From the NCBI GenBank assembly GCA_964016885.1, contig OZ024742.1, positions 68,138,001-68,202,000 of the forward strand: 64,000 nucleotides of DNA. Reading direction: 5' to 3'. Every line of letters begins with the position of its first letter. Within the stretch, counting starts at the first letter, position 1. The notes beneath the pieces are model-generated. The model searched no databases and was not told where the DNA came from. It saw only the letters and a program-made list of their open reading frames with translations. Of this stretch, positions 29,560 to 43,564 are shown piece after piece. A program made the translations under genes and the position numbers. The DNA is from Eledone cirrhosa. Lineage: Eukaryota.

Positions 29560-31382
29560 CAAAACGTTTTATAAATATTTGACATGACCAAGGACAATAT
29601 ACCTTAACGGTTCAAGTTATCCCTGGAAAGAGAAGGGAAGACAGAAGAAATGTCAGATATTTAAAATTATTAATATGAGTATCAAATGATGTTTATATTA
29701 AAGGGCTGAAAAAACGTTATTTTAGACGCTATGGAAATTTTAAATATTTATGATAAGGAAGAGAAAGAGAGATGAATAACGTTAATTTGGGGGAAAAAAT
29801 TTGTTACCTATACTATGAGTTATAATATTGTATATAAATTATATTAAGACTTATGGTTGTAAGTATTTTTATGTTATTACATTAGGATAGGTTATATGTA
29901 TATAAATATCTCTCTATATATATTAATAAGTTGCGTATGTATTGATTGTTTATATAAACAAATATGAGTTACAAAGGATGTTGAAATATTATTTTCAAGT
30001 TGTGAGATTAGAATAATTTGTGGATTCAAAAGTTTTTCAACATTGAGAATGTTTTCAGAATATTGTTAATTTAACGAAACTATATAAATTATCAAACAAA
30101 AATTGTTAAAGAAGAAGGAAGCTAAGAAGAAGGAAAAGGAAGACCACTTAAACGTTAATTTAGGGGAAATATATTAAGATATTTATCTATATTTATATGG
30201 AGAATTATTTATCTTATAATAATATATAAATATCTATATATATTTTAATAATAGCATATGTATTTTTTTATTAAAAGGATAGTTTGTTTATAATATGAGT
30301 TACGAGGGATGTTGATTTATAAATAAATAAATAAATAAATAAATAGATGGTTGTTCATAATATAAGTTACTAGGGTGTTTGATTTTATGTAAATAAATAG
30401 GTAGTTACAATTGATAAGGTTTAAATTAAATTAACGGAGTTACATATAAAAAGTTTTTAAGGTTGAAATAAAGAAATATAACTCCGATTTTTGTATTAAT
30501 CGCTAGTGTGGGATTAATTATTTAGTCTAAAGAAATATGAATATTTAAACATCATCTTGAATAGGATACATTTTACTAAAAACAGTTAATGGTTATTAAT
30601 CTACATTTAAAAATTAGCATTAGCGAGTGTCATTAGAAAAATAAAGAATTAAGAAAAAAGAATTAAAGATTTAAAAAAAAAAAATTTAAATTAAAATTAA
30701 AATTATATAGAAGTACATAAATATATAAATATATATACACATACACACGTACATATATATTATAAGAAATTTTAAAGATATGATTTAGAGCTATTAATAT
30801 ATTAAAAGTATTAAAAATATAAAATGTTAGAGCAGATAGGATCATTTTGGAGATTAATAGGAATATTATAAGTATATTATAAGTTACATATAGCTCTGAA
30901 TGTAGAATTTTGGCGATGTCTGCAAGAATTAAATATTTCTGTCCTGAGGTTAATAGAGTTTTTACAATTAATTATATAAAAAATGTCTTCAATACATAAT
31001 TTACAGAATCTTGATAAGGCCGTGTTTCAGTAAGCAGGTGCATTTGGAATCGTTTTCCAAGATAATGAATAGTCTATATTCTTGCTTTTTAAGTTCCACA
31101 TAAGATGTGAGAGGGTAGTAGAAGATTTTTTGTCAGATCTTCTAAAAGAATGATTGTGGTTATTCCAGCGAAGTTTAAATTCTGTAGAAGTGGCACTGAC
31201 ATAGTTGAATATATTATCATTAGTTTTAACTGTACATTTATAAACTAGGTTTTTATCTAAACACTTATTTTGTAAAGGGCATTGAATACATTGAATACTT
31301 ACTCAAGAAAATTGTCGAGTGCTCTGAATCAGTTATAAACATCTATATTTGTTGGATTTCCAACAAATTAAATATCTCTTCT

Positions 31383-31385
<3 letters not shown>
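29560..31385 (-). mobile_element. Penelope-like (Naiad-type) element: GIY-YIG remnant (~30900-31285), long AT-rich 3' region, inverted tail at 31290-31385
   Basis: CPLQNKCLDKNLVYKC..NYVSATSTEFKLRWNNHNHSF..TTLSHLMW..W..FCKLC..SCRH; non-coding parts homologous to 21370, 25345-25390 and 25570-25620. Confidence 0.85.
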
Positions 31386-31437
<52 letters not shown>

Positions 31438-31521
31438 GGAAAAATTTGAACAGGGACAAAACAGAGAGGCAGTACAACGAATGTTTATTAATTTCACGCT
31501 CTGGAGAGTATATATACATAC

Positions 31522-31672
<151 letters not shown>

Positions 31673-32336
31673 TGTGTATGTATATATATATATATATATA
31701 TATACATTCGGTATACAAGGATGCAGTTCACTTTTACCACTCAATGTCATATTACTTCCTAAAAACAAGATCACGTAGTATATTAATAAAGAGGAAAATG
31801 CGAAGCTGAAGATGTTAGGGTCCTTTATTAATTGAGCCGTTATACATATTTCAATGATGATAGATATCGTGATTTCTTCAGACAGCAAAAATTGATTAAA
31901 AGGTAACATTTCCGAGGCAATTTTAGGTGGAAGAGAGCGGACTAAAAAAATGTGTATCTTTATGCTTTGAGTGTCCGCTCCCTTCTAATTTTCAGAACGT
32001 CCCTACAGTCCTGCGTAGTTACAGGTGGCTGACCACTCAACTACAACCGAGAATACCACCAACCTTAGCTACCAGTCCCCCACCACCTCGGCCGACAACT
32101 CGATATGGTCAGTGGGAGTTCAAACTGGGAAAAATGTATTTACTGCTAGCTTTGGTGACCCGCAGACTTTTAGTGCATTCGTACCCGCTACCCGTTTATG
32201 GTGGGATAATATACAGACCATCAACCTCAAAGTGAGAAAGTTAGCTACTGTTATATTTAATAGAACTTATCATAGAAAATAACCCGAAAATATAAAAATC
32301 CTAACCCAATCCCTAATACGAATATGCACTTTCTAG

Positions 32337-33434
32337 CTAGATATTATTCTTAGCATATTGACTGTTGTCTAGTTTTCTTGACTTCTTACTTTTAACTCTT
32401 AATGTCTGAAATTTAGAATTTCTTGGATTTCCGCCCTCCAGTGTCATGTTGATAACATGGCTGTCATCAACAGGTACTCTTTCGGGTCTCTTCGAAATTC
32501 TTTCCGGTTTTACCAAGGTCCGAGGTTCCATTCCAGTTATACCTGGTTGACTTCTTTACAGAGAGGAGGGTGTCTTCTCCAAAAAGCCACCCAGGTTTCA
32601 CCAAATGTTGGTCTTTGGTGGGATGCGTTCTTCTTTCCATGTATGTAGGGAAATATGTACTGGCTCGTTTTAATCGGAGCCACCGAATATTTTTGAGCGA
32701 GGGCCTCGCTTTTGAAGAGCACCGAGATGCTCCCATACTGCATGGCCCTCTGGAGGTAGACTATTGCCTGGCATTGCCTCCCTCAACACACTTTCTACTG
32801 TATTTTGAGGCAAAGAAGCAGGTTTTCTCGATTCTATATACAGAGTTCTATAGAAAATTGTTTTGTTTAGGGTTGGTGCCCTAATTTCTAGTGGTGTGTT
32901 GGTTCGAAAGCCATTCCCCTCGACAGTTATATATTGCGTAGCCTCCTACAGGTACTGCGCATTATTTGATATGCCTATGTCTATGAATTCCGTTTCTTTG
33001 GCAACTGTCGCTGCAAATGCTTTTTTCCAGTTGCTGAATTGCTGTTGTTGATTTTTGTACTATCTTCATTAAGAAAAGTGTTCATGCTACTCCCTGTTGA
33101 CACTATTGCCATGGCAACATACGACATAGCAGCAGTAGAAGGCATAACGTCTCCTTTTACATTCTCTTGTCCAGGGGCGTTCTCCAGTTTCTGAGTCTGT
33201 AGCGTTCCTTTTGACATTTCTTAAATTTCACTGATAATATTTTTTCAATTTTCAGAAATTTCAAAGCAAATTTTCGCCGTTAAGGGCTTGAAACTTAGAG
33301 AGACCAACCACCTGAAATTTCAGGTGGTTGGTTTTAACTTTAAAACAATATAATATAAAATTTACAAATATCAGATTTTCTCGTAGAAAATTAAACAAAA
33401 ACTCACCAGCGAGCCGTCACACGTCTACGCTTGA
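32337..33434 (-). mobile_element. Tx1-type LINE 5' fragment (5'UTR plus broken ORF1)
   Basis: QYGSISVLFKSEALA, PTYM, PERISKRPERV are homologous to ORF1 at 37981-38760; 5' end abuts a GATA-containing tract. Confidence 0.8.
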
Positions 33435-33471
33435 ATATATATAGATAGATATATTTCTTTATTTATTATAT

Positions 33472-33542
<71 letters not shown>

Positions 33543-33657
33543 TGTTTCTTTATTAGCCACAGGGACACAAAAGAAGGGGACAAATACAAAGGGGGAAGTT
33601 TACATACAATAAAAACGTGTAAAATATTATCACAAATGCAATTTAAAAAATTAGTCG
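33543..33657 (-). mobile_element. Tx1 3' stub with AATAAA and (TATC)n tail
   Basis: ttgtcccc...gtggctaataaagaaaca(tatc)n, homologous to the 3' end at 33691-33740. Confidence 0.8.
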
Positions 33658-34037
33658 ATAGATAGATAGATAGAGAGATAGAGAGATAGATATATTTATT
33701 TATTTACCACAGGGGCGCACAAGAAAAGGGGACAATACAAAGACATGCCGGGGATTTTACATACAGTCGTGTTAAAAATATAAAAACAAATAATTACAAT
33801 AATCGAAATCCCCAATAGGGGGAAGCGCCACAAATGGGTTGTTTAATACCCCGTCGATAGAACAACCCTCAACTCCAGGAGCGTGTTGTGCAAGTGCACC
33901 TTTCTTCCTTTTGCTCTCTTCTTCAACCGACAGGCTTATAAACAGGGGCCATTTTCGCTTCATTCACCCAATTTTCAGTAAATTTACTGGGGTCCAGTGC
34001 CTCTCTCTCCATTCTGATTCTCCTTCTAAAGTGATAC

Positions 34038-37000
34038 TTAAAGAAGGGAATCAATTGTTGTCTGGAGAGAAAGGCATGTCCTCAGTCCTCTCAATCTCGT
34101 CCACCATATAAATTCTTTCACCATAGCCACCGTACAGAGGAAAACCGCCTCTCTTTCGTTTTTAAAAGAGGCTGGCGGTTTGATCCTTACTATAGACTCG
34201 GCAGTCAACTGGATTTGTCTCATATGCGACAGCAGTCGTTCTGCATAGTTCCACAGGTCGGTTACGCCCGGGCAGTGTACACTTGCGTGCAGGACTGTTT
34301 CAATGTCCTGCGCGCATCTTGGACATGTCTTCTTGGAAGGATCCCTTCCGGGGCGTCCGTGCCTGTAGATCTTGTCACGAATCGGTAGAGCTCCTCGGTA
34401 GCACTTCCAGGCTAGGGACCTCTGGAGGTTGTCCATATGTCCCGGGCGGAGAGTCCTACCAAACAGACTGGTGAGCTCATCGTCTTCGACGCTCAGAGTC
34501 TCTCCGAGCACGTCGTCGCCCTTGTAACGTACAATCCCTCTATAGAATGTCGAAGTGGAGTCTCCACTGATTGCTGCGCCCGCTTGCCAGAGGACTGTGA
34601 GCGCATTCAATGTGCCAGGCGCCCATCGTTTTCGGTCTTTTCTTGACCCGGGACTGCAGCTCCGTTAGCGAGACGAGCTGTGGGAAAGCCTGTTTCACAA
34701 ACGGTGCCCACACCGGTTGGGGATCGGTGAGGAATACCTTGAGATGCCGCAGACTCAGCGCATGTTTGCGCATCATCAGCCACGGCATTCCCAGCCCTCC
34801 GTTGGAAGGGTGCTGACAGCAGACGGATCTCCTCACCAGCGGAGCCTGCTTCTTCCACAGAAACTGGAAGAGCATGCGTTCCATCTTGGCGAGGTGTTCA
34901 CGGGGACAAGGCACGACAGTCAAGCGGTAGTAGATGGCGGACGCTATGAAAGTGTTCGCCACCTCCGCTCGACCTTTCAAGGACAGTTTGCACTCTGCCC
35001 ACTTCTGAGTGAGTGCAAACACCTTGGCCGTGACCTCGTTCCAGTTTTTCTCCACCTGGATGTCTGGACCGAACCAGACCCCGAGCAATTTCACCGGTCC
35101 GTCCGTCCAGCGTCCAACGACGCTGTCGGATGTCATCGGTTTGCCTCTCCACGTACCGAGTTGCAAACCGACAGACTTGTCTGGGTTTAGTTTTGCTCCC
35201 GTCAGCGTTTCGTATTCTTTCAGTATGTTGCCGATCACCCCGATTTCCGAGGTGCTCGACACCATTACTATCACGTCGTCGGCATAAGCCGACGCCGCTT
35301 TGCGCAGTCCCGGTTCTAGGGGGATGCCCTGCAACAGCTCCAATTTCCGCAGTAGTGGCTCTAGAGTCAATACATACAGAATGGAGGAGAGAGGGCATCC
35401 CTGTCGAATGGAACGCGTGATTGCGAACGGCTCCGATAGGTAGCCGTTCACCTTGACCCTCGAGCAGATGCTGGTGTGCATCGCCTCGATCCATCCTCTG
35501 AACACGGGACCGAAACCGGCCGCCTTGAGAACCGCTTCCAAGTATCGATGGTCGACCCTATTGAATGCCTTAGACTGATCCAAGTTGATCAGAGCCCCAC
35601 CGAAGCCGGGTTTACTACCCACCCTCTCTATGATGTATCGCATGAGGTGGAGGTTGTCGTGTATGGACCTGGTCGGGATTGCACACGTTTGCGCTTTCCC
35701 TACCAGGTTCTCGACGACAAGCGCCAACCTCGTCGCTAGCACCTTGGCCAAAATCTTTAACTCTGTGTTGAGCAGAGTTATGGGCCTGAAGTTGTTAATT
35801 TCGTCCCCCTTGTTCTCGTCTTTCCTGATCAGCGTTACTACGCCCTTGCCTGCAGAACTGGGAATTCTCCCGTTCTGCTGCCAATTGCAGTAGACGACTT
35901 CGAGGACGCCAGAGAACAAGTCCGGCATGCCTATGTAAAATTCGTAGGGTAGACCATCTAGACCGGGTGACTTTCGTTTCCCGCAACGGCCCAGAGCGTC
36001 CCGTATCTCAGTGTCCGTGATCGGTCTTTCGCAGAACTCGGCGTCCGTGTTCGAGAGACGCGGCAATCCGTCGGGGTATGAACTAAAGTCCATTGCCCCG
36101 TTCGGCTCACCGTCGTTCTGCTCAAACAGTCGCGCAAAGTGCCGCTGAAAGACCGCGCACATTTGCTTGGGGTCAAGTAGCACGCGTCCGTTTTGGTCTT
36201 TCAAAGACCGAATCGTGGACTTGTTGCCACTTTTTGCCTCCGCCACTCGGGCCCAGCTGACAGCTTTCGCTCCTTCGTTTCCTAGAGCACGTGTTTTGCT
36301 TCTGACCACGCAGCCTTCGTGTTTCGCATCGAAGAACTGGTCCAGTGCCGTTCTCAACGCTAACACTCTAGCCGCGTTGCCACTTCTAAGTGCCTCCTCT
36401 ACCTTGGCTACTAGTTCTCTTTCTATTCTGTTTTTCTCTAAGGCTAACTCTCTGCTATACCCTATCGATTCTATTCTAATTGCTTTCTTGAGAGAGTACC
36501 ACCATCTATTGTTGACGATGGCTCCCGTTAACTGTTGCTTGACTAGTTTACTTATCCGTTCACTGCAAGCTTTACGTGGCGGCAACGACACGTTCAGCTT
36601 CCAGTATCCGGGACCCTGTCTATGTATTCTATCACGGTTGACTAAGCAGACGACTAACTTGTGATCTGAATAGGCAACCATGTGCACTCGTGGACAGCTT
36701 AACATATCCTTGTCCCTTTCTCTAATGAAGAACCTATCTAAATACGATCTAGATGTCCCACTGCGGTTTACCCACGTCCACTGTGGTGCAGTCGGGAAAT
36801 CCAGTCGATACCTATCGGCCAGTTGGAATTGGCCGATTAAAGTTTTGAGGCTGTTGCACCCCGCTCTACTGGGACATGCTCCCACATAGTCCCATCGTGC
36901 ATCTAGGATACCATTCCAGACCCCACTAAAAGTAAGGAGCGAGACGTTCCCAGAAAAGACTCTAGACGCTTAAAGAAGTCTGGCCGTGATTGCGATTGCC

Positions 37001-37346
37001 CGGTCGGGGCATAAACGGCCACCAGTCTGAAGGCTCCACCTCCGATACTGTTCACGTCTAGGACTACCAGTCTTCCCTCCGGGTCCAAGTGTACTTGCTG
37101 TACTCCGACGTTCAGGTTCTTCCGAAACATAACAGCCACTCCACCTCCACCTCCTGGCTGACAGAGAGATGCGTAGATCTCAAAGTCGTCGAAGATGGGG
37201 GTTAGTTGCTGCCTGTTGTGGATTCTGGACTCGGTGATGGCTATCACATCCATACTGTGTGACCTAAGGTCGTTTAAAAGTTGGCCCTGTTTCCAGGGCA
37301 TCCCTAGGCCACGCACATTCACGGTTCCAACTCGTAAACCAGCCAT
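34038..37346 (-). pseudogene. ORF2: APE endonuclease, reverse transcriptase, C-terminal Zn finger (frameshifts ~36900 and ~34600)
   Basis: TVNVRGL, VYAP, YLDRF, SDH; PGLDG, RPITLLN, DQSKAFNRVDH, RQGCPLS, YADD; CPRC..ET..H...CP. Confidence 0.95.
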
Positions 37347-37387
37347 GTTGGTGAAGAAAAGTTGGAGAAAAAGGACGAAAGGTGCAC

Positions 37388-39270
37388 TTACCTTTTCGTT
37401 TCCTGGAGATCGGGTTGTTCAATCTCCATTTGGGTGCTGGATGGGGTGTTGGGTGGTGTGGGGAAACCTTTCAACGGGACGCGGTTGATGGGTTTGTGGC
37501 AGGGGTTGCCCACGTCCTGTGAAAATTTAATTTTCAGGTCTTTATAGGTTTCCATAGAAACCCTTATAAGTTTAAGGTGTGGAGACGATTCTGCCTTGAC
37601 GAAAGTTTTGCCCTCCGTCTCCACCTTGGGGTTTTGGGAGATGACCTCCATCAAACTCTTGTTGTTTGTGTTGATGTATGCGTATTGTTGTTTGTGTTTT
37701 TGTTGTATTGTTTTAGTTTGTTGTTCATCCGGGAGTTTTCTTTTTATGGTGGGTGCTTGTGTTTGGGGTGGTGTTGGTGCTGGTTTTGCTGATAGGGGGA
37801 TGTTTGACTGTGGTGTTGTTTGTGTTGTTGTTTGTGTCTGTGGTTGTGTGTTGGTGTTGGTGATTGGAGTTTTGGAGGTTTTGTGGTGTCTCTTTTTTTT
37901 GTTTTTTGGATTTCCTCGGTTCTCCCCCTTCTTCACTTAAAGAAGGAGAAGCAGCTTCATCCGTCGATGAATAATCATCGTCAGGTGTGTGGGGTAAGGG
38001 TATGTTGTGTGGTGGTGGTGGTGGTGTTTCGGTATGTGTGTTTGTGGTAGTGTTTGATGGAGTGGGATGGAGTGGGGATGTGTTCTTCAGGGGAAGTTGT
38101 CTCTGTTTTTTCTGTTGTTGTTGGTTGAGTGTCTGTTTGTTTTGGTGTGGGTGCTCGTTTCGTCTGTCGTTGTACTTGTGGTGGTGGTGATGGTTGTTTT
38201 GGTGTTGGTGTTGGTAATAGCGTTTTTTTTATGATGTTGTTGTTGTGTGTTTGTGGACAATAGGCTTTTAGGTGAGATGTGCTACCACAGCGAAAGCAGT
38301 GAAATTTTCGTCCTTCTACCGAAATGTTTATTTTGTTGTTATTATCAATAACGACTCTTTCGGGTATTTTGGAGATTCTCTCCGGTTTCATTTGCAACAG
38401 AATCTCCAAATCGGTGCCCGCCCACCTTTGTCGAATGGATTTCCGTATCGAAAGTATTATGTCTGTTTCTGGCTCTACGAAGCCAGCCAAGATCCACCAG
38501 ATGTTAATGCTTGGAGGTATGTTTTTTATTTTTATTTTTTGTGTCCTTTTCCCCATGTATGTAGGGAAAAAGGTGTATGCTTTTGACACTATTGGTGTCA
38601 CAGAGTTTTTTGGGGCGAGTGTCTCGCTTTTAAACAGTACGGAAACACTTCCGTACTGTTTTCCTCGCTGGAGAAAATCGACATTTGCTAGAATCTCCTT
38701 GAAAGAATCTTCTATATCTGACTGATTAACAAATGTCGGCTTTCTTGACGAATTTGACACAGTCCTAAAATGACTGATCGGCAGTTTGTGTCTTCCTTTA
38801 TTTCAAGGGGTGAGTTAATTCTAAACCCACCTCTTTCTTCGAAAGTTACAAATTTTCTCCCTTGCTGGAGCATATCTCTTGCGTTGGAGATATCAAGATT
38901 TATAAAATCTTGTTTCTTGTTGACTGTGTCAGCGAAAGACATTTTCTTTTTTGTGTGATGTTGTTGTTGATAATGATGTTATCGTTGTTGGAAATGTTAT
39001 GTGTAGATGTATCTGTAGAGTTGTTGATGTCTTTTTCATGTGTATGTATGTCAATGGGTTTTTTTGCCGTGTTTTCCTGTGTGTTATTGTCATTTTCCTC
39101 GGCTTCGGCGGTAGAAATTGTAAAATTTTCAAATGTTGATATATTTTTTCTTTCGTAACAGTTGTATCTATGGCAACGTCCATAGCAGCAGAAGCAGATA
39201 TAACGTTAATATCTGCCTCTTTCTCTCTCTTTTCTCTATTAGCGTTCTCCAGCGTTCTAGTGTTGCTCAA
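37388..39270 (-). pseudogene. ORF1 with CCHC zinc knuckle (split by several frameshifts)
   Basis: CFRCGSTSHLKAYC followed by a Thr/Pro/Gln-rich linker; homologous to 59180-61065. Confidence 0.85.
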
Positions 39271-39529
39271 GTTTTTTACTTTGTAAAATTTGATATTTTA
39301 AAACAAATGTTTATTAAATAAAATTTTCGCCCTACAGGGGCGAAAAATGGGATTACCACCCAGCTGACAATTCAGCTTGGGGGTTAATCTACAAAGTGTT
39401 GTCTTTTTTCAAACAATTAGATCGGTTTTTTGCATAGAAATTAACAAAAAACTTACCGGCGATATTCCACACGTCAGACAGAAAGAGAGATAGATAGATT
39501 TCTTTATTAGCCACAAGGGCGCAACAAGA

Positions 39530-39567
39530 AACCCTAACCTTAACCCTAACCCTAACCCTAACCCTAA
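39530..39567 (-). repeat. Interstitial telomeric repeat (TTAGGG)~6
   Basis: aaccctaaccttaaccctaaccctaaccctaaccctaa. Confidence 0.9.
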
Positions 39568-39575
39568 AGAGAGAG

Positions 39576-39672
<97 letters not shown>

Positions 39673-39867
39673 TGTTTCTTTTATTTGCCACCAGGGCATC
39701 AAAAGTGGGACAAGTACAAAGGGGGGAGTTTACACAAAAAGGCGTCCTCAATAAGGAGGAAGCAATAACAAAATATAAAAATAAAATAAAATATAACAAA
39801 AAATAAAATTTATAACAAAATCCTCAATAGAGAGGAGGCGCCTTGGGGGGTCGCACACACCCCCGAA
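39673..39867 (-). mobile_element. Tx1 3' stub between (GATA)n tracts
   Basis: gtggcaaataaaagaaaca(tatc)n. Confidence 0.8.
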
Positions 39868-40277
39868 GATAGATAGATAGACAGAATCATATACAAACAG
39901 ATAGTATAGGTTTTATCCGATTTTGTAAGAATTGTGCATGTAAATATGTCTCATTCACCTACTTTCCTGTAGATTGTAAAATATGATCAGCTTGACTTGA
40001 TTTTCTACTTTTGTTAAATTTCACCAGCAACTGTCTTTTTGCTTCCAACACACGGAGAAATGTAGAATCAGAGGATGTATATACCTTTTAGTTGTAGCAG
40101 GAAATGAGTATTTCTCATCGCTTCTGTTAAGTGTTTATAACCTGCAATGAATGCACAGCTACGAATTAATAGCATACTTTAGATACTAAGTACACTATAT
40201 AATATATAGGGTAATGAACTACCACCGTAAGTATTATGTTTGTATGTATATGTATATATATATATACACACAAACAC

Positions 40278-40368
<91 letters not shown>

Positions 40369-40475
40369 ATAACAGATTAAAGTTTATATATTTGATATAT
40401 ATTTATCCTCTTGGGATTTTAGTCTTCACATTTATTTTTATTATTATGATTACTATTAGTATTATTACTATACAA

Positions 40476-40663
40476 GGGCGGTGGATCGGCAGTATCGGTA
40501 GAGAGTCGGACACCATGGTTTAAAGCATAGAGTTACGTCCCTTGATGATCTGAGTTCAAATCCCGCCGAGGTTAACTTTGCCTTTCATCCTTACGGGGTC
40601 GATAAAATAAAGTACCAGTAATGTACTGGGTAATTGCTAGCCTTGTGCCTAAAATAGAAACAA
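40476..40663 (+). mobile_element. Full-length tRNA-derived SINE
   Basis: A-box-like tcggcagtatcgg, B box gagttcaaatccc, Meta-like body, TSD ttattactataca. Confidence 0.9.
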
Positions 40664-40699
40664 TTATTACTATACATATACATATATAGATAGATAGAT

Positions 40700-41544
40700 A
40701 GATATACATAAATGCCAATTTCTGTCTGTGTGTGTGTGTTTGTGGATTTGTTTGTGAACTTAAAATTCAGAAACTACCAAATCGATCTTGATGAAACTTG
40801 GCACCGGTGTGGGGCTCATGCCCATTTGATTTCTTACGTATATTTCATTTTAAAATTATTTCGCTTTAATTGATATGAAATTTAAAGTATAGGTAACGAA
40901 CAAGATATGATGCCTATTCACAAAATTTCAGCAAATTCCAATAATATCAAGACACCCTAATGGGGTTTAAACCCCCAATAGTGAAAATATTGGGCAATAA
41001 ATGGAACAAGATTTCACGAACTCCTTCTATGGTTTTGGAGATAGACCCCCATAACCTTATATATTCTGAAACTACATTGCCCAGGATACTTGGATAAGTA
41101 TATTTCATTTTAATCAAGGGGTTCCCCGGGGGCACAAAACACCCGCTGAAAATCTTCTCACTTCGATTTATATGAAATTTAAACCATAGGTAAATTACAA
41201 GATATGATGCCAAATCACAAAATTTCAGTAAATTTCAATAATATTAAGACACCCTAATGGGGTTAAACCCCCTATTAGGGTTCCCCGGAGGCACAAACCC
41301 CTACTGAAAATGTTTTCCCTTCGATTTATATGAAATATAAACTATAGGTAAATGACAAGATATGATGCCTATTCATAAAAGGTTTGAATTGATATTTTGA
41401 AAAAAATTATTTATTAGAAAGAAAATAAGAATAAGATTTAATAATGTAATTTTTATTTGATATATTAATTACAAAAGATAATGTTTTCCAATTTTTCATG
41501 CATTACATTTTATATTGAGTAATACTGAAATGCAGAGTTTTTCT

Positions 41545-41548
<4 letters not shown>
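40700..41548 (+). mobile_element. Non-autonomous Helitron-like repeat with internal tandem units
   Basis: tgtctgtg...cgatcttgatgaaacttggcac head; three copies of atatgaaatttaaa..taggtaa..caagatatgatgcc; homologous to 4115-4490. Confidence 0.65.
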
Positions 41549-42775
<1,227 letters not shown>

Positions 42776-42873
42776 GGTGAACAGAAATAACAACACAATC
42801 GGTACAGTATATGGAAGGGATATATTGGGTTAACGCTTGATATAGCAGGAAGAGGGTCTTAACGTATAAATAG

Positions 42874-43030
42874 GTGGCGAATTGGCGGAGTCGTTCAGAC
42901 ATCCGATAGAATATTTTACGCTATTCGTCCCACCTTATTGCACGCTCTGAGTTCAAATCCCGCCGGGGTCAACTTTGCTTTTCACCCTTTCGCGGTCGAT
43001 AGAAAAAGTAGCCGTCCAATACTGGGGTAA
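42874..43030 (+). mobile_element. Diverged tRNA-derived SINE (other diverged copies ~45465-45555 -, ~44720-44860 -, ~17780-17850 -)
   Basis: ctgagttcaaatcccgccggggtcaactttgcttttcaccctttcgcggtcgata. Confidence 0.8.
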
Positions 43031-43518
43031 ATTCTTCCTCAATATAAAAAATTGGCTGTGTTCAGACCTGAAGGGGATTAGGCTCCATCAGGTTTAAAAG
43101 TGCCCTAGACACGCCGTTTGACAGTGCCTCTACGACTCCACAATGACTTATGGGATCTTTATCCTTATGTGTGTGTTTATGTATGTGTATATCCCATTCA
43201 TACATAATTCATATCAACTCACAAATATTATTTTTTTGTCCGCTTGATTATTTATTTACAAACGCAAGAAAGTACAAGTATAGACAGTTAAATTGTATCT
43301 TCGAGCCATTGAACATTTGTAATGGTCTGTATAACTGTACAACAGCCTAGAAGAACGTGTCATGTGATTTCTCACGTTTAAGCTAACTGACATATTGTCT
43401 CGGGATATTTACATTAAAATATATCTTGACAGCTTGAAACTTTTGTGCATTTTGTGGACAATGAAATAATAGTTTCCCCCGAAGGAATAACCTCAAAGTG
43501 TATATACATACATGCATA

Positions 43519-43564
<46 letters not shown>

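Larger units (their letters stand above)
33691..39483 (-). mobile_element. Full-length Tx1/L1-clade non-LTR retrotransposon between (GATA)n tracts
   Basis: 5'UTR, ORF1, ORF2, 3'UTR with AATAAA; GATA repeats on both sides. Confidence 0.92.

Noticed and set aside
34607-36889. Many + strand ORFs over the Tx1 elements (also 56625-58709)
   Set aside because: Antisense shadows of the GC-richer ORF2
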